Shown: positions 26,351 to 38,959, numbered from the stretch's first letter. The stretch is 64,000 nucleotides of DNA from Escherichia coli (GCF_016903815.1 NZ_CP069973.1), one strand, 5' to 3'. Numbers and translations are program-made. The notes: generated from the sequence alone by a model not told the origin.

Positions 26351-28201
26351 ATGCCTAAGTACCGTTCCGCCACCACCACTCATGGTCGTAATATGGCGGG
26401 TGCTCGTGCGCTGTGGCGCGCCACCGGAATGACCGACGCCGATTTCGGTAAGCCGATTATCGCGGTTGTGAACTCGTTCACCCAATTTGTACCGGGTCAC
26501 GTCCATCTGCGCGATCTCGGTAAACTGGTCGCCGAACAAATTGAAGCGGCTGGCGGCGTTGCCAAAGAGTTCAACACCATTGCGGTGGATGATGGGATTG
26601 CCATGGGCCACGGGGGGATGCTTTATTCACTGCCATCTCGCGAACTGATCGCTGATTCCGTTGAGTATATGGTCAACGCCCACTGCGCCGACGCCATGGT
26701 CTGCATCTCTAACTGCGACAAAATCACCCCGGGGATGCTGATGGCTTCCCTGCGCCTGAATATTCCGGTGATCTTTGTTTCCGGCGGCCCGATGGAGGCC
26801 GGGAAAACCAAACTGTCCGATCAGATCATCAAGCTCGATCTGGTTGATGCGATGATCCAGGGCGCAGACCCGAAAGTATCTGACTCCCAGAGCGATCAGG
26901 TTGAACGTTCCGCGTGTCCGACCTGCGGTTCCTGCTCCGGGATGTTTACCGCTAACTCAATGAACTGCCTGACCGAAGCGCTGGGCCTGTCGCTGCCGGG
27001 CAACGGCTCGCTGCTGGCAACTCACGCCGACCGTAAGCAGCTGTTCCTCAATGCCGGTAAACGCATTGTTGAATTGACCAAACGTTACTACGAGCAAAAT
27101 GACGAAAGTGCACTGCCGCGTAATATCGCCAGTAAGGCGGCGTTTGAAAACGCCATGACGCTCGATATCGCGATGGGCGGCTCTACCAACACCGTACTTC
27201 ACCTGCTGGCGGCGGCGCAGGAAGCGGAAATCGACTTCACCATGAGTGATATCGATAAGCTTTCCCGCAAGGTTCCGCAGCTGTGTAAAGTTGCGCCGAG
27301 CACCCAAAAATACCATATGGAAGATGTTCACCGGGCTGGTGGTGTTATCGGTATTCTCGGCGAGCTGGATCGCGCGGGGTTACTGAACCGTGATGTGAAA
27401 AACGTACTTGGCCTGACGTTGCCGCAAACGCTGGAACAATACGACGTTATGCTGACTCAGGATGACGCGGTAAAAAATATGTTCCGCGCCGGCCCTGCGG
27501 GTATCCGTACCACCCAGGCATTCTCGCAAGATTGCCGTTGGGATACGCTGGACGACGATCGCGCCAATGGCTGTATCCGCTCGCTGGAACACGCCTATAG
27601 CAAAGACGGCGGCCTTGCGGTGCTGTACGGTAATTTCGCAGAAAACGGCTGCATCGTTAAAACCGCGGGCGTCGATGACAGCATCCTCAAATTCACCGGT
27701 CCGGCGAAAGTGTACGAAAGCCAGGACGACGCGGTAGAAGCGATTCTCGGCGGCAAAGTTGTCGCTGGCGATGTGGTGGTGATCCGTTACGAAGGCCCGA
27801 AAGGCGGCCCCGGCATGCAGGAAATGCTCTACCCAACCAGCTTCCTGAAATCAATGGGGCTCGGTAAAGCCTGCGCGCTGATCACCGACGGACGCTTCTC
27901 CGGCGGCACCTCTGGTCTTTCCATCGGCCACGTCTCGCCGGAAGCGGCAAGCGGCGGTAGCATTGGCCTGATTGAAGACGGCGACCTGATCGCTATCGAC
28001 ATTCCGAACCGTGGCATTCAGTTACAGGTAAGCGATGCCGAACTGGCGGCGCGTCGTGAAGCGCAGGAAGCTCGTGGCGACAAAGCCTGGACGCCGAAAA
28101 ACCGTGAACGCCAGGTTTCCTTTGCGCTGCGTGCCTACGCCAGCCTGGCAACCAGCGCCGACAAAGGCGCGGTGCGCGATAAATCGAAACTGGGGGGTTA
28201 A
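26351..28201 (+). CDS. ilvD: dihydroxy-acid dehydratase
   Basis: 616-aa ORF; Fe-S cluster cysteine motif (CPTCGSCSG). Confidence 0.96.
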   Translation: MPKYRSATTTHGRNMAGARALWRATGMTDADFGKPIIAVVNSFTQFVPGHVHLRDLGKLVAEQIEAAGGVAKEFNTIAVDDGIAMGHGGMLYSLPSRELIADSVEYMVNAHCADAMVCISNCDKITPGMLMASLRLNIPVIFVSGGPMEAGKTKLSDQIIKLDLVDAMIQGADPKVSDSQSDQVERSACPTCGSCSGMFTANSMNCLTEALGLSLPGNGSLLATHADRKQLFLNAGKRIVELTKRYYEQNDESALPRNIASKAAFENAMTLDIAMGGSTNTVLHLLAAAQEAEIDFTMSDIDKLSRKVPQLCKVAPSTQKYHMEDVHRAGGVIGILGELDRAGLLNRDVKNVLGLTLPQTLEQYDVMLTQDDAVKNMFRAGPAGIRTTQAFSQDCRWDTLDDDRANGCIRSLEHAYSKDGGLAVLYGNFAENGCIVKTAGVDDSILKFTGPAKVYESQDDAVEAILGGKVVAGDVVVIRYEGPKGGPGMQEMLYPTSFLKSMGLGKACALITDGRFSGGTSGLSIGHVSPEAASGGSIGLIEDGDLIAIDIPNRGIQLQVSDAELAARREAQEARGDKAWTPKNRERQVSFALRAYASLATSADKGAVRDKSKLGG

Positions 28202-28203
28202 TG

Positions 28204-29748
28204 ATGGCAGACTCACAACCCCTGTCCGGTGCCCCTGAAGGTGCCGAATATTTAAGAGCGGTGCTGCGCGCGCCGGTCTACGAAGCGGCGCAGGTCACGC
28301 CGCTACAGAAAATGGAAAAACTGTCGTCGCGTCTTGATAACGTGATTCTGGTGAAGCGCGAAGATCGCCAGCCAGTACACAGCTTTAAGCTGCGCGGCGC
28401 ATACGCCATGATGGCGGGCCTGACGGAAGAACAAAAAGCGCACGGCGTGATCACCGCTTCTGCGGGTAACCACGCGCAGGGCGTCGCGTTTTCTTCCGCA
28501 CGGTTAGGCGTGAAGGCGCTGATCGTCATGCCAACCGCCACCGCCGATATCAAAGTTGATGCGGTGCGCGGCTTTGGCGGCGAAGTGCTGCTTCATGGCG
28601 CGAACTTTGACGAAGCGAAAGCGAAAGCGATCGAACTGTCACAGCAGCAGGGCTTCACCTGGGTGCCGCCGTTCGACCATCCGATGGTGATCGCCGGGCA
28701 AGGCACGCTGGCGCTGGAACTGCTCCAGCAGGACGCCCATCTCGACCGCGTATTTGTACCGGTCGGCGGCGGCGGTCTGGCGGCGGGCGTCGCGGTACTT
28801 ATCAAACAACTGATGCCACAAATCAAAGTGATCGCCGTGGAAGCGGAAGATTCCGCCTGCCTGAAAGCGGCACTTGATGCAGGTCATCCCATTGATCTGC
28901 CCCGCGTGGGGCTGTTTGCTGAAGGCGTCGCGGTAAAACGCATCGGCGATGAAACCTTCCGTTTGTGCCAGGAGTATCTTGACGACATCATCACCGTCGA
29001 TAGCGATGCCATCTGTGCGGCGATGAAAGACCTGTTCGAAGATGTGCGCGCAGTGGCGGAACCCTCCGGCGCGCTGGCGCTGGCGGGGATGAAAAAATAC
29101 ATCGCCCAGCACAACATTCGCGGTGAACGGCTGGCGCATATTCTTTCCGGTGCCAACGTGAACTTTCACGGTCTGCGCTACGTCTCGGAACGCTGCGAAC
29201 TGGGCGAACAGCGTGAAGCGTTACTGGCGGTGACCATTCCGGAAGAAAAGGGCAGCTTCCTCAAATTCTGCCAGTTACTTGGTGGGCGCTCGGTCACCGA
29301 GTTCAACTACCGCTTTGCTGATGCCAAAAACGCCTGCATTTTTGTCGGCGTGCGCCTGAGCCGCGGTCTCGAAGAGCGCAAAGAAATTTTGCAGATGCTC
29401 AACGACGGTGGCTACAGCGTGGTTGATCTCTCCGACGACGAAATGGCGAAGCTGCATGTGCGCTATATGGTTGGCGGGCGTCCATCGCATCCGTTGCAGG
29501 AACGCCTCTACAGCTTCGAATTCCCGGAATCACCGGGCGCGCTGCTGCGCTTCCTCAACACGCTGGGTACGCACTGGAACATTTCTTTGTTCCATTATCG
29601 CAGCCATGGCACCGACTACGGGCGCGTACTGGCGGCGTTCGAGCTTGGCGATCATGAGCCGGATTTTGAAACCCGGCTGAATGAACTGGGCTACGATTGC
29701 CACGACGAAACCAATAACCCGGCGTTCAGGTTCTTTTTGGCGGGTTAG
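28204..29748 (+). CDS. ilvA: threonine deaminase (biosynthetic)
   Basis: ORF 28201..29748; start at the second ATG giving MADSQPLSGAPEGAEYL (514 aa); PLP-binding region SFKLRGA. Confidence 0.95.
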   Translation: MADSQPLSGAPEGAEYLRAVLRAPVYEAAQVTPLQKMEKLSSRLDNVILVKREDRQPVHSFKLRGAYAMMAGLTEEQKAHGVITASAGNHAQGVAFSSARLGVKALIVMPTATADIKVDAVRGFGGEVLLHGANFDEAKAKAIELSQQQGFTWVPPFDHPMVIAGQGTLALELLQQDAHLDRVFVPVGGGGLAAGVAVLIKQLMPQIKVIAVEAEDSACLKAALDAGHPIDLPRVGLFAEGVAVKRIGDETFRLCQEYLDDIITVDSDAICAAMKDLFEDVRAVAEPSGALALAGMKKYIAQHNIRGERLAHILSGANVNFHGLRYVSERCELGEQREALLAVTIPEEKGSFLKFCQLLGGRSVTEFNYRFADAKNACIFVGVRLSRGLEERKEILQMLNDGGYSVVDLSDDEMAKLHVRYMVGGRPSHPLQERLYSFEFPESPGALLRFLNTLGTHWNISLFHYRSHGTDYGRVLAAFELGDHEPDFETRLNELGYDCHDETNNPAFRFFLAG

Positions 29749-30635
29749 TGGTTCGGCAAAATCTTCCAGAATGCCTCAATCAGCGGCTCATGCAGCCGCT
29801 TTTTTTGCGCACACACGCCCAGCTCAAACGGCGTTTTTTCATCACTGCGCTCTAAAATCATCACGCGGTTACGCACCGGTTCCGGGCTGTTATCCAGCAC
29901 CACTTCCGGCAACAGCGCCACGCCACAGCCGAGCGCCACCATCGATACCATCGCTTCATGCCCGCCAACCGTGGCGTAAATCATTGGGTTGCTGATTTTG
30001 TTACGCCGAAACCACAGTTCAATGCGGCGGCGTACCGGTCCCTGATCGGCCATGATAAACGGCACTGTAGACCAGTCGGGCTTTTCGACAGATACCTGAT
30101 TACGCACCGGGCAGGGCAGCGCGGGAGCAATCAGCACCACCGCCAGATTCTCCAGCATCGAAAATGCCACCGCGCAGGGCAAGGTTTCCGGTTTTCCGGC
30201 AATCGCCAAATCTGCTTCGCCAGTGACCACCTTTTCCATTGCATCCGCCGCATCACCGGTAGTGAGTTTGATCTCCACTGACGGGTGTTCCGCGCGGAAG
30301 CGATCCAGAATCGGCGGCAGATGGCTGTAGGCAGCGGTCACCGAGCAGAAGATATGTAATTCGCCAGAGAGCGACGGCCCTTGCTGATCGATGGTGTGAC
30401 GCAATTGCTGATATTGCAACAGCGTTTGCTGGGCGAAAACGCGCAGTTCTTCGCCCGCTTCCGTCAGCGTTACCGTGCGGTTATCACGCACAAACAGCGG
30501 CTGACCGAGATCTTCTTCCAGGCGCTGTATTTGTCGCGAAAGCGTAGACGGGCTAACGTGCATTGCTCGCGCGCTACGGCCAAAATGGCGGCTTTCCGCC
30601 AGATGCAGGAAGGTTTTCAGATCGCGTAAATCCAA
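29745..30635 (-). CDS. ilvY: LysR-family regulator IlvY
   Basis: ORF 29745..30719; the recognised N-terminus (M)[39 protein letters not shown] is encoded from a TTG at 30633..30635, giving 297 codons; start-codon identity is uncertain. Confidence 0.85.
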   Translation of the reverse strand: MDLRDLKTFLHLAESRHFGRSARAMHVSPSTLSRQIQRLEEDLGQPLFVRDNRTVTLTEAGEELRVFAQQTLLQYQQLRHTIDQQGPSLSGELHIFCSVTAAYSHLPPILDRFRAEHPSVEIKLTTGDAADAMEKVVTGEADLAIAGKPETLPCAVAFSMLENLAVVLIAPALPCPVRNQVSVEKPDWSTVPFIMADQGPVRRRIELWFRRNKISNPMIYATVGGHEAMVSMVALGCGVALLPEVVLDNSPEPVRNRVMILERSDEKTPFELGVCAQKKRLHEPLIEAFWKILPNH

Positions 30636-30658
30636 TGGCGCAGCCCTCAATGTTGGCG

Positions 30659-30673
30659 TTGCAGAAATTGCAA
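30659..30673. promoter_or_regulatory. putative IlvY operator palindrome in the ilvY-ilvC divergent promoter region
   Basis: TTGCAGAAATTGCAA dyad in the 149-bp ilvY-ilvC intergenic region; LysR-type operators are dyads of this kind; exact site assignment is an inference. Confidence 0.5.
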
Positions 30674-30784
30674 TGTGATGTTGTGAATATATCAATTTCC
30701 GCAATGAATTTCCTGTCATATAGTGAATTCATTCTCGCAAACGCGAACCGAACAATAAGAAGCACAACATCACGAGGAATCACC

Positions 30785-32260
30785 ATGGCTAACTACTTCA
30801 ATACACTGAATCTGCGCCAGCAGCTGGCACAGCTGGGCAAATGTCGCTTTATGGGGCGCGATGAATTCGCCGATGGCGCGAGCTACCTTCAGGGTAAAAA
30901 AGTAGTCATCGTCGGTTGTGGTGCACAGGGTCTGAACCAGGGCCTGAACATGCGTGATTCTGGTCTGGATATTTCTTACGCTCTGCGTAAAGAAGCGATT
31001 GCCGAGAAGCGCGCATCCTGGCGTAAAGCGACCGAAAATGGTTTTAAAGTTGGTACTTACGAAGAACTGATCCCGCAGGCGGATCTGGTGGTTAACCTGA
31101 CGCCGGACAAGCAGCACTCTGATGTAGTGCGCACCGTACAGCCACTGATGAAAGACGGCGCGGCGCTGGGTTACTCGCACGGTTTTAACATCGTCGAAGT
31201 AGGCGAGCAGATCCGTAAAGACATCACCGTAGTAATGGTTGCGCCGAAATGCCCTGGCACCGAAGTGCGTGAAGAATACAAACGTGGATTCGGCGTACCG
31301 ACGCTGATTGCCGTTCACCCGGAAAACGATCCGAAAGGCGAAGGCATGGCGATCGCTAAAGCATGGGCGGCTGCAACCGGCGGTCACCGTGCGGGCGTGC
31401 TGGAATCCTCTTTTGTTGCGGAAGTGAAATCTGACCTGATGGGCGAGCAAACCATCCTGTGCGGTATGTTGCAGGCTGGTTCTCTGCTGTGCTTCGACAA
31501 ACTGGTGGAAGAAGGCACCGATCCGGCATACGCAGAAAAACTGATTCAGTTCGGTTGGGAAACCATCACCGAAGCGCTGAAACAGGGCGGCATCACCCTG
31601 ATGATGGACCGTCTTTCTAACCCGGCGAAACTGCGTGCTTACGCGCTGTCTGAACAGCTGAAAGAGATCATGGCACCGCTGTTCCAGAAACATATGGACG
31701 ACATCATCTCTGGCGAATTCTCCTCCGGCATGATGGCTGACTGGGCCAACGACGATAAGAAACTGCTGACCTGGCGTGAAGAGACCGGCAAAACCGCCTT
31801 CGAAACCGCGCCGCAGTATGAAGGCAAAATCGGCGAGCAGGAGTACTTCGATAAAGGCGTACTGATGATCGCGATGGTAAAAGCAGGCGTTGAGTTGGCG
31901 TTTGAAACCATGGTTGATTCCGGCATCATCGAAGAGTCTGCTTACTATGAATCACTGCACGAACTGCCGCTGATTGCCAACACTATCGCTCGTAAGCGTC
32001 TGTACGAAATGAACGTGGTTATCTCTGATACCGCCGAGTACGGTAACTATCTGTTCTCTTACGCTTGTGTGCCGCTGCTGAAACCGTTTATGGCAGAGCT
32101 GCAACCGGGCGACCTGGGTAAAGCTATTCCGGAAGGTGCGGTAGATAACGCGCAGTTGCGTGATGTGAACGAAGCGATTCGCAGCCATGCGATTGAGCAG
32201 GTAGGTAAGAAACTGCGCGGCTATATGACAGATATGAAACGCATTGCTGTTGCGGGTTAA
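30785..32260 (+). CDS. ilvC: ketol-acid reductoisomerase
   Basis: ORF 30563..32260; start set at the ATG giving [19 protein letters not shown] (491 aa); NADPH-binding GCGAQG motif. Confidence 0.96.
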   Translation: MANYFNTLNLRQQLAQLGKCRFMGRDEFADGASYLQGKKVVIVGCGAQGLNQGLNMRDSGLDISYALRKEAIAEKRASWRKATENGFKVGTYEELIPQADLVVNLTPDKQHSDVVRTVQPLMKDGAALGYSHGFNIVEVGEQIRKDITVVMVAPKCPGTEVREEYKRGFGVPTLIAVHPENDPKGEGMAIAKAWAAATGGHRAGVLESSFVAEVKSDLMGEQTILCGMLQAGSLLCFDKLVEEGTDPAYAEKLIQFGWETITEALKQGGITLMMDRLSNPAKLRAYALSEQLKEIMAPLFQKHMDDIISGEFSSGMMADWANDDKKLLTWREETGKTAFETAPQYEGKIGEQEYFDKGVLMIAMVKAGVELAFETMVDSGIIEESAYYESLHELPLIANTIARKRLYEMNVVISDTAEYGNYLFSYACVPLLKPFMAELQPGDLGKAIPEGAVDNAQLRDVNEAIRSHAIEQVGKKLRGYMTDMKRIAVAG

Positions 32261-32276
32261 GTGCGATTCAGAGTTC

Positions 32277-32301
32277 AAGGCCTTCTCCTGAAGAAGGCCT
32301 T
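32277..32301. terminator. stem-loop between convergent ilvC and ppiC (putative bidirectional terminator)
   Basis: AAGGCCTTCTCCTGAAGAAGGCCTT palindrome; no strong T-tract on either side. Confidence 0.5.
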
Positions 32302-32305
32302 GCTG

Positions 32306-32611
<306 letters not shown>

Positions 32612-32738
32612 TCAGTCAGGGAGGGGGGACATATATGGCAAAAGCCCGGAAAATCCGGGCTTCGCAGGTCCCTCAAGGGGAGAAAACTTAGGGCCTCTAT
32701 GGGCTACAGAGTCATTATCGGGGATGGTGATTTTATTG

Positions 32739-33188
32739 TCAATTTATGAGCGATATGGCATTGATTGACTTGATGACTGCCCTCTGTATGTCTGCAACCA
32801 ACTCATGTGGCAAACATTGATTAAGATACCCCCGATAAGTCCTTGCTCTGTTTAATCGGTTTCGACTGACTTGTTGTACCAGGTCGGCTTTAGCCCAACG
32901 TATCTGCTGATCAAAGAAATGCATGTCATTGATAACATTACTGGCTATTTCAACATGCATTCCACGATTTAACTTGTCATGGTCGCGAGTGGTTGATAAT
33001 GGAACGACGATACATGCGTTGCCATTAATTTTTCCGTTGAGCACGACAACCAACCTATTTTTTATCATCTCAGGTGGAATGCGGCCATCGTAATACGTCG
33101 TGCTGAACTGTCCATTCTGGCTAACAGGATAGTTACCAAAGTTGCATTCCAGTATTTCACCAACCTTGGGGCTGAAATTAATCGCCAC
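32739..33188 (-). CDS. yifN: PemK/MazF-like toxin-family protein YifN (standalone, no adjacent antitoxin)
   Basis: ORF 32739..33230; start placed at the GTG at 33186..33188 because a strong Shine-Dalgarno (TAAGGAGAGG) lies 7 nt upstream, giving 149 aa; intrinsic terminator hairpin GCCCGGAAAATCCGGGC at 32644..32660 just downstream on the coding strand; family assignment from remembered annotation and weak motif resemblance. Confidence 0.7.
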   Translation of the reverse strand: MAINFSPKVGEILECNFGNYPVSQNGQFSTTYYDGRIPPEMIKNRLVVVLNGKINGNACIVVPLSTTRDHDKLNRGMHVEIASNVINDMHFFDQQIRWAKADLVQQVSRNRLNRARTYRGYLNQCLPHELVADIQRAVIKSINAISLIN

Positions 33189-33405
33189 GAGTAAACCTCT
33201 CCTTAGTAAACTCTGAAAAAGTAATAACACAACGTTACGACCCGATATTTTCTAAGTCTAATGGATTCATGATGAACTCCGGTTTCGGCCTTCCCTCTCT
33301 GATTTAAACATCCGCAGCCATCCGGTTAGCGGTTTTCACTCGGTCACATTCAAATGCGATTCTGCTACAATCCTCCCCCCCGTTCGAAGATTGAGCAATA
33401 CACCT

Positions 33406-35427
33406 ATGCGTCTAAACCCCGGCCAACAACAAGCTGTCGAATTCGTTACCGGCCCCTGCCTGGTGCTGGCAGGCGCGGGTTCCGGTAAAACTCGTGTCAT
33501 CACCAATAAAATCGCCCATCTGATCCGCGGTTGCGGTTATCAGGCGCGACATATCGCGGCGGTGACCTTTACCAATAAGGCGGCGCGCGAGATGAAAGAG
33601 CGTGTCGGGCAGACGTTGGGTCGCAAAGAGGCGCGTGGGCTGATGATCTCCACCTTCCACACACTGGGGCTGGATATCATCAAACGCGAGTATGCGGCGC
33701 TTGGGATGAAAGCAAACTTCTCGTTGTTTGACGATACCGATCAGCTTGCTTTGCTTAAAGAGCTGACCGAGGGGCTGATTGAAGATGACAAAGTTCTCCT
33801 GCAACAGCTGATTTCGACCATCTCTAACTGGAAGAACGATCTCAAAACACCGTCCCAGGCGGCAGCCAGTGCGATTGGCGAGCGGGACCGTATTTTTGCC
33901 CATTGTTATGGGCTGTATGATGCACACCTGAAAGCCTGTAACGTTCTCGACTTCGATGATCTGATTTTATTGCCGACGTTGCTGCTGCAACGCAATGAAG
34001 AAGTCCGCGAGCGCTGGCAGAACAAAATTCGCTACCTGCTGGTGGATGAGTATCAGGACACCAACACCAGCCAGTATGAACTGGTGAAACTGCTGGTGGG
34101 CAGCCGCGCGCGCTTTACCGTAGTTGGCGATGACGACCAGTCGATCTACTCCTGGCGCGGTGCACGTCCGCAAAACCTGGTGCTGCTGAGTCAGGATTTC
34201 CCGGCACTGAAGGTGATTAAGCTTGAGCAGAACTACCGCTCTTCCGGACGTATTCTGAAAGCGGCGAACATCCTCATTGCCAATAACCCGCACGTCTTTG
34301 AAAAGCGTCTGTTCTCCGAACTGGGCTATGGCGCGGAGCTAAAAGTTTTAAGCGCGAATAACGAAGAACATGAAGCCGAGAGAGTCACCGGCGAGCTGAT
34401 CGCGCATCACTTCGTCAATAAAACGCAGTACAAAGATTACGCCATTCTTTATCGCGGTAACCATCAGTCGCGGGTGTTTGAAAAATTCCTGATGCAAAAC
34501 CGCATCCCGTACAAAATTTCTGGTGGTACGTCGTTTTTCTCTCGTCCTGAAATCAAGGATTTGCTGGCTTATCTGCGCGTGCTGACTAACCCGGACGATG
34601 ACAGCGCATTTCTGCGTATTGTTAACACGCCGAAGCGAGAGATTGGCCCGGCTACGCTGAAAAAGCTGGGTGAGTGGGCGATGACGCGCAATAAAAGCAT
34701 GTTTACCGCCAGCTTTGATATGGGCCTGAGTCAGACGCTTAGCGGACGTGGTTATGAAGCATTGACCCGCTTCACTCATTGGTTGGCAGAAATCCAGCGT
34801 CTGGCGGAGCGGGAGCCGATTGCCGCGGTACGCGATCTGATCCACGGCATGGATTATGAATCCTGGCTGTACGAAACATCGCCCAGCCCGAAAGCCGCCG
34901 AAATGCGCATGAAGAACGTCAACCAACTGTTTAGCTGGATGACGGAGATGCTGGAAGGTAGCGAACTGGATGAGCCGATGACGCTCACCCAGGTGGTGAC
35001 GCGCTTTACTCTGCGCGACATGATGGAGCGCGGCGAGAGTGATGAAGAGTTAGATCAGGTACAACTGATGACTCTGCACGCGTCGAAAGGGCTGGAGTTT
35101 CCTTATGTCTACATGGTCGGTATGGAAGAAGGGTTTTTGCCGCACCAGAGCAGTATCGATGAAGATAATATCGATGAGGAGCGGCGGCTGGCCTATGTCG
35201 GCATTACCCGCGCCCAGAAGGAATTGACCTTTACGCTGTGTAAAGAACGCCGTCAGTACGGCGAACTGGTGCGCCCGGAGCCGAGCCGCTTTTTGCTGGA
35301 GCTGCCGCAGGATGATCTGATTTGGGAACAGGAGCGCAAAGTGGTCAGCGCCGAAGAACGGATGCAGAAAGGGCAAAGCCATCTGGCGAATCTGAAAGCG
35401 ATGATGGCGGCAAAACGAGGGAAATAA
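33406..35427 (+). CDS. rep: ATP-dependent DNA helicase Rep (SF1)
   Basis: ORF 33391..35427; start at the ATG giving [31 protein letters not shown] (673 aa); UvrD/Rep motifs. Confidence 0.96.
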   Translation: MRLNPGQQQAVEFVTGPCLVLAGAGSGKTRVITNKIAHLIRGCGYQARHIAAVTFTNKAAREMKERVGQTLGRKEARGLMISTFHTLGLDIIKREYAALGMKANFSLFDDTDQLALLKELTEGLIEDDKVLLQQLISTISNWKNDLKTPSQAAASAIGERDRIFAHCYGLYDAHLKACNVLDFDDLILLPTLLLQRNEEVRERWQNKIRYLLVDEYQDTNTSQYELVKLLVGSRARFTVVGDDDQSIYSWRGARPQNLVLLSQDFPALKVIKLEQNYRSSGRILKAANILIANNPHVFEKRLFSELGYGAELKVLSANNEEHEAERVTGELIAHHFVNKTQYKDYAILYRGNHQSRVFEKFLMQNRIPYKISGGTSFFSRPEIKDLLAYLRVLTNPDDDSAFLRIVNTPKREIGPATLKKLGEWAMTRNKSMFTASFDMGLSQTLSGRGYEALTRFTHWLAEIQRLAEREPIAAVRDLIHGMDYESWLYETSPSPKAAEMRMKNVNQLFSWMTEMLEGSELDEPMTLTQVVTRFTLRDMMERGESDEELDQVQLMTLHASKGLEFPYVYMVGMEEGFLPHQSSIDEDNIDEERRLAYVGITRAQKELTFTLCKERRQYGELVRPEPSRFLLELPQDDLIWEQERKVVSAEERMQKGQSHLANLKAMMAAKRGK

Positions 35428-35432
35428 TCAAG

Positions 35433-35464
35433 GCCGGAAAAGATGCGTCAGCATCGCATCCGGC
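35433..35464. repeat. REP-like palindromic hairpin between convergent rep and gppA
   Basis: GCCGGAAAAGATGCGTCAGCATCGCATCCGGC imperfect dyad. Confidence 0.6.
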
Positions 35465-35473
35465 ACTTACTCA

Positions 35474-36958
35474 TTAATGCACTTCCAGCGGCCAGTGGAC
35501 ATAGCTCTGCCACTGGCTTTCCTGAGCAATAATCTCTTTACCCAGCGGATGTTGGGTTAGCCAACCTTGCGGAAGCGTCAAGGTCAACAGTTCATGGTTA
35601 GCCTGTAATGTCATCTCTGGCACGAGATCGTCACGGCGACGGCTGGCAAAAATGATGGCCAGGCGTAGTAAACGGCAGAGTTGTTCTGCGACGCGCGGCG
35701 GTACGGCATTTTGCTGATGCAGCGATGAGAGATCGACCGGATTCGTCTGGTTGAGCAGTAGCGTCGCCAGCAGTTTTTTCTGTGCGGGGGTAAAACCGGG
35801 AAGATCCAGATTACGTACCAGATAAGCAGCGTGTTGCGGCGCTTGTTTGAAGTCAACGCTCAGGCCGATTTCATGAAGCTGGCAGGCGCTGATGAGCAAA
35901 TCGCGGCTTATTGCTTCAAGATGCCATTCGTTTTTCACCTGATCGAAGAAGTTAGCCGCAACTTTGGCTACGCGCTGTGCCTGATCAATATCGATCATAA
36001 AGCGGCGCTGAATATTACGCAGCGTACGGCTGCGAATATCCTGCTCGACGGTCAGATGCAACATGCCGTAGACCAGGCCTTCACGCAGCGCACCACCCGC
36101 CAGGGTCATACACTGAATATTCAGTTCGGTAAAAATGGCTATCAGGATTGCCAGACCACTCGGGAACACTAACGCACGTTCCAGCGTCAGCCCGTCAATC
36201 TCCAGTTCCTCCAGCCGACCGCAATGAATGGCTCGCTGTTTCAGTTGCTGCAACTTTTCCAGGGTAATGCGTTCATCCATCCCCTGTGCCATCATGATTT
36301 CCTGTAACGCCTGCACGGTGCCGGAAGCGCCAACGCACACTTTCCAGCCGTGATACCGTAATTCATCGGCAACCGGACGTAACACTTCGCGTGCCGCTTT
36401 TTCTGCAGCATCAAAATTTTCCTGCCCCAGATTACGATCGGCAAAATAGCGTTCCAGCCAGGTGACACAGCCCATCGACAGGCTGAACAACGAGGTGGTT
36501 TGTGCACCCGTGCCGGTTACCAGTTCAGTACTGGCACCGCCTATATCCACCACCAGGCGCTGATCGGCACCGCCAGTTGTGTGAGCAACGCCCTGATAAA
36601 TCAGACGTGCTTCCTCTTCACCGCTGATCACCTGTACCGGACAACCGAGGATTTCCTGTGCTTTGGCAATAAAATCACCCGCATTGACGGCAAGTCGTAA
36701 TGTCGCCGTAGCGACAACGCGAATTTGCGAGGGAGGGATATCTTGCAGACGTTCAGCAAACAGGCGCAGACATTGCCAACCGCGCTCCATTGCTTCATTA
36801 GAGAGGGCATTTTCGCTATTCAGGCCAGCAGCCAGACGCACTTTGCGTTTAATTCGCGTCAGCGTCTGGATGCTTCCAGCCACCTCGCGCACAACCAGCA
36901 TATGAAAACTATTCGAACCGAGATCAATGGCTGCATACAGCGACGAGGTGGAACCCAT
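35474..36958 (-). CDS. gppA: guanosine pentaphosphate phosphohydrolase / exopolyphosphatase
   Basis: ORF 35474..36967; start at the ATG giving [22 protein letters not shown] (494 aa); Ppx/GppA family. Confidence 0.94.
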   Translation of the reverse strand: MGSTSSLYAAIDLGSNSFHMLVVREVAGSIQTLTRIKRKVRLAAGLNSENALSNEAMERGWQCLRLFAERLQDIPPSQIRVVATATLRLAVNAGDFIAKAQEILGCPVQVISGEEEARLIYQGVAHTTGGADQRLVVDIGGASTELVTGTGAQTTSLFSLSMGCVTWLERYFADRNLGQENFDAAEKAAREVLRPVADELRYHGWKVCVGASGTVQALQEIMMAQGMDERITLEKLQQLKQRAIHCGRLEELEIDGLTLERALVFPSGLAILIAIFTELNIQCMTLAGGALREGLVYGMLHLTVEQDIRSRTLRNIQRRFMIDIDQAQRVAKVAANFFDQVKNEWHLEAISRDLLISACQLHEIGLSVDFKQAPQHAAYLVRNLDLPGFTPAQKKLLATLLLNQTNPVDLSSLHQQNAVPPRVAEQLCRLLRLAIIFASRRRDDLVPEMTLQANHELLTLTLPQGWLTQHPLGKEIIAQESQWQSYVHWPLEVH

Positions 36959-37093
36959 ACTCTTCATCCTTCAATCTGTCTCTGTGTTGGCTGCATTCTT
37001 TCACCTGAATCACTTACTACAGTAAGCTCATCGGGGTTCATTCTCTGGCCATCTTGATACAGTTTGAATGATTTTGAGTATGACATTTTTTAT

Positions 37094-38359
37094 TTAACCT
37101 GAACGACGACGATTACGCGGAGCACCAGTACGACGCGGACCATTGCCTGTGCGCGGGCGCGTGAGGCGCAGCGGTTTAGGCAGATCGGTCATCAATGCGT
37201 CCGGATTGTATTTGCTTACCGGAATTGAGTGACCAATATAGGTCTCAATAGCAGGCAAATTCAATGCATACTCTTCACATGCCAGGCTGATGGAATGACC
37301 ACTTGCGCCTGCACGACCTGTACGACCAATACGGTGAACGTAATCTTCACAGTCATCGGGTAAATCGTAGTTAAAGACGTGCGTTACAGCCGGGATATGC
37401 AGGCCACGCGCGGCAACGTCGGTGGCAACCAGAATATCCAGATCCCCACGGGTAAATTCATCAAGAATACGCAGACGTTTTTTCTGCGCGACATCGCCTG
37501 TCAACAAACCGACACGATGACCATCTGCCGCCAGGTGGCCCCAGATCTCTTCACAACGGTGTTTGGTGTTGGCGAAAATAATCGCTCTGTCTGGCCACTC
37601 TTCTTCGATCAGCGTTTGCAGCAAACGCATTTTTTCTTCGTTAGAAGGGTAGAAAAGCTCTTCTTTAATACGGTGGCCCGTTTTCTGTTCCGGTTCCACT
37701 TCAATATATTCGGCATTGTTCATCTGCTCGAACGCCAGTTCACGTACCCGGTACGAAAGCGTGGCGGAGAACAGCATGTTGAGGCGCTGGTTTGCAGGCG
37801 GCATACGGCGGAACAGCCAGCGGATATCTTTAATAAAGCCCAGATCGTACATACGATCGGCTTCGTCCAGTACCACTACCTGAATGGCACCGAGGTTAAT
37901 GTGGTTCTGCTTGGTGTAGTCAATTAAACGCCCCGTGGTGCCAATCAGAATGTCAACGCCGCTTTCCAGCACTTTCAGCTGTTTGTCGTAGCCATCACCA
38001 CCGTAAGCCAGACCCAGCTTCAGGCCGGTTGCATCCGCCAGCGGTTCCGCGTCGGCGTGGATCTGCACGGCAAGTTCACGCGTCGGTGCCATAATTAAGG
38101 CACGCGGTTGATTCACCTTGCGATCGGCAATCGCGGGATGAGAGAGAAGATAATGAAACGTTGACGTAAGAAACGCCATCGTTTTCCCGGTACCGGTTTG
38201 CGCCTGCCCGGCTACGTCACGACCCGCCAGCGTCAACGGAAGGGCCAGTGCCTGAATGGGCGTACAGTTATGAAACCCTTTTTTTTCAAGGGCTTCTACA
38301 ACCTTCGGATGCAGGGCGAAGTCGGAAAACTTCTGTTCTGTTAAATGTGTTTTGCTCAT
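37094..38359 (-). CDS. rhlB: DEAD-box RNA helicase RhlB
   Basis: 421-aa ORF with Q-motif, Walker A (AQTGTGKT), DEAD box (VLDEADRM), SAT and HRIGRTGR motifs; Arg-rich C-terminus. Confidence 0.96.
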   Translation of the reverse strand: MSKTHLTEQKFSDFALHPKVVEALEKKGFHNCTPIQALALPLTLAGRDVAGQAQTGTGKTMAFLTSTFHYLLSHPAIADRKVNQPRALIMAPTRELAVQIHADAEPLADATGLKLGLAYGGDGYDKQLKVLESGVDILIGTTGRLIDYTKQNHINLGAIQVVVLDEADRMYDLGFIKDIRWLFRRMPPANQRLNMLFSATLSYRVRELAFEQMNNAEYIEVEPEQKTGHRIKEELFYPSNEEKMRLLQTLIEEEWPDRAIIFANTKHRCEEIWGHLAADGHRVGLLTGDVAQKKRLRILDEFTRGDLDILVATDVAARGLHIPAVTHVFNYDLPDDCEDYVHRIGRTGRAGASGHSISLACEEYALNLPAIETYIGHSIPVSKYNPDALMTDLPKPLRLTRPRTGNGPRRTGAPRNRRRSG

Positions 38360-38489
38360 AGTGTGGTAGAATATCAGCTTACTATTGCTTTACGAAAGCG
38401 TATCCGGTGAAATAAAGTCAACCTTTAGTTGGTTAATGTTACACCAACAACGAAACCAACACGCCAGGCTTATTCCTGTGGAGTTATAT

Positions 38490-38819
38490 ATGAGCGATAA
38501 AATTATTCACCTGACTGACGACAGTTTTGACACGGATGTACTCAAAGCGGACGGGGCGATCCTCGTCGATTTCTGGGCAGAGTGGTGCGGTCCGTGCAAA
38601 ATGATCGCCCCGATTCTGGATGAAATCGCTGACGAATATCAGGGCAAACTGACCGTTGCAAAACTGAACATCGATCAAAACCCTGGCACTGCGCCGAAAT
38701 ATGGCATCCGTGGTATCCCGACTCTGCTGCTGTTCAAAAACGGTGAAGTGGCGGCAACCAAAGTGGGCGCACTGTCTAAAGGTCAGTTGAAAGAGTTCCT
38801 CGACGCTAACCTGGCGTAA
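38490..38819 (+). CDS. trxA: thioredoxin 1
   Basis: ORF 38385..38819; start at the ATG giving [38 protein letters not shown] (109 aa); WCGPC active site. Confidence 0.97.
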
Positions 38820-38959
38820 GGGAATTTCATGTTCGGGTGCCCCGTCGCTAAAAACTGGACGCCCGGCGTGAGTCATGCTAACTTAGTGTTGACTTCGTAT
38901 TAAACATACCTTATTAAGTTTGAATCTTGTAATTTCCAACGCTTCCCGTTTTATCTTAA

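Noticed and set aside
30770-31693. 307-aa ORF antisense to ilvC; similar long antisense ORFs at 28639..29169 (in ilvA), 34348..34926 (in rep), 44460..45206 (in wecC), 46106..46744 (in wecE) and 55507..56259 (in aslA)
   Set aside because: Each lies wholly inside a well-supported gene on the opposite strand and has low-complexity, Arg/His-rich composition typical of spurious antisense frames in GC-rich coding DNA, with no RBS or promoter context.
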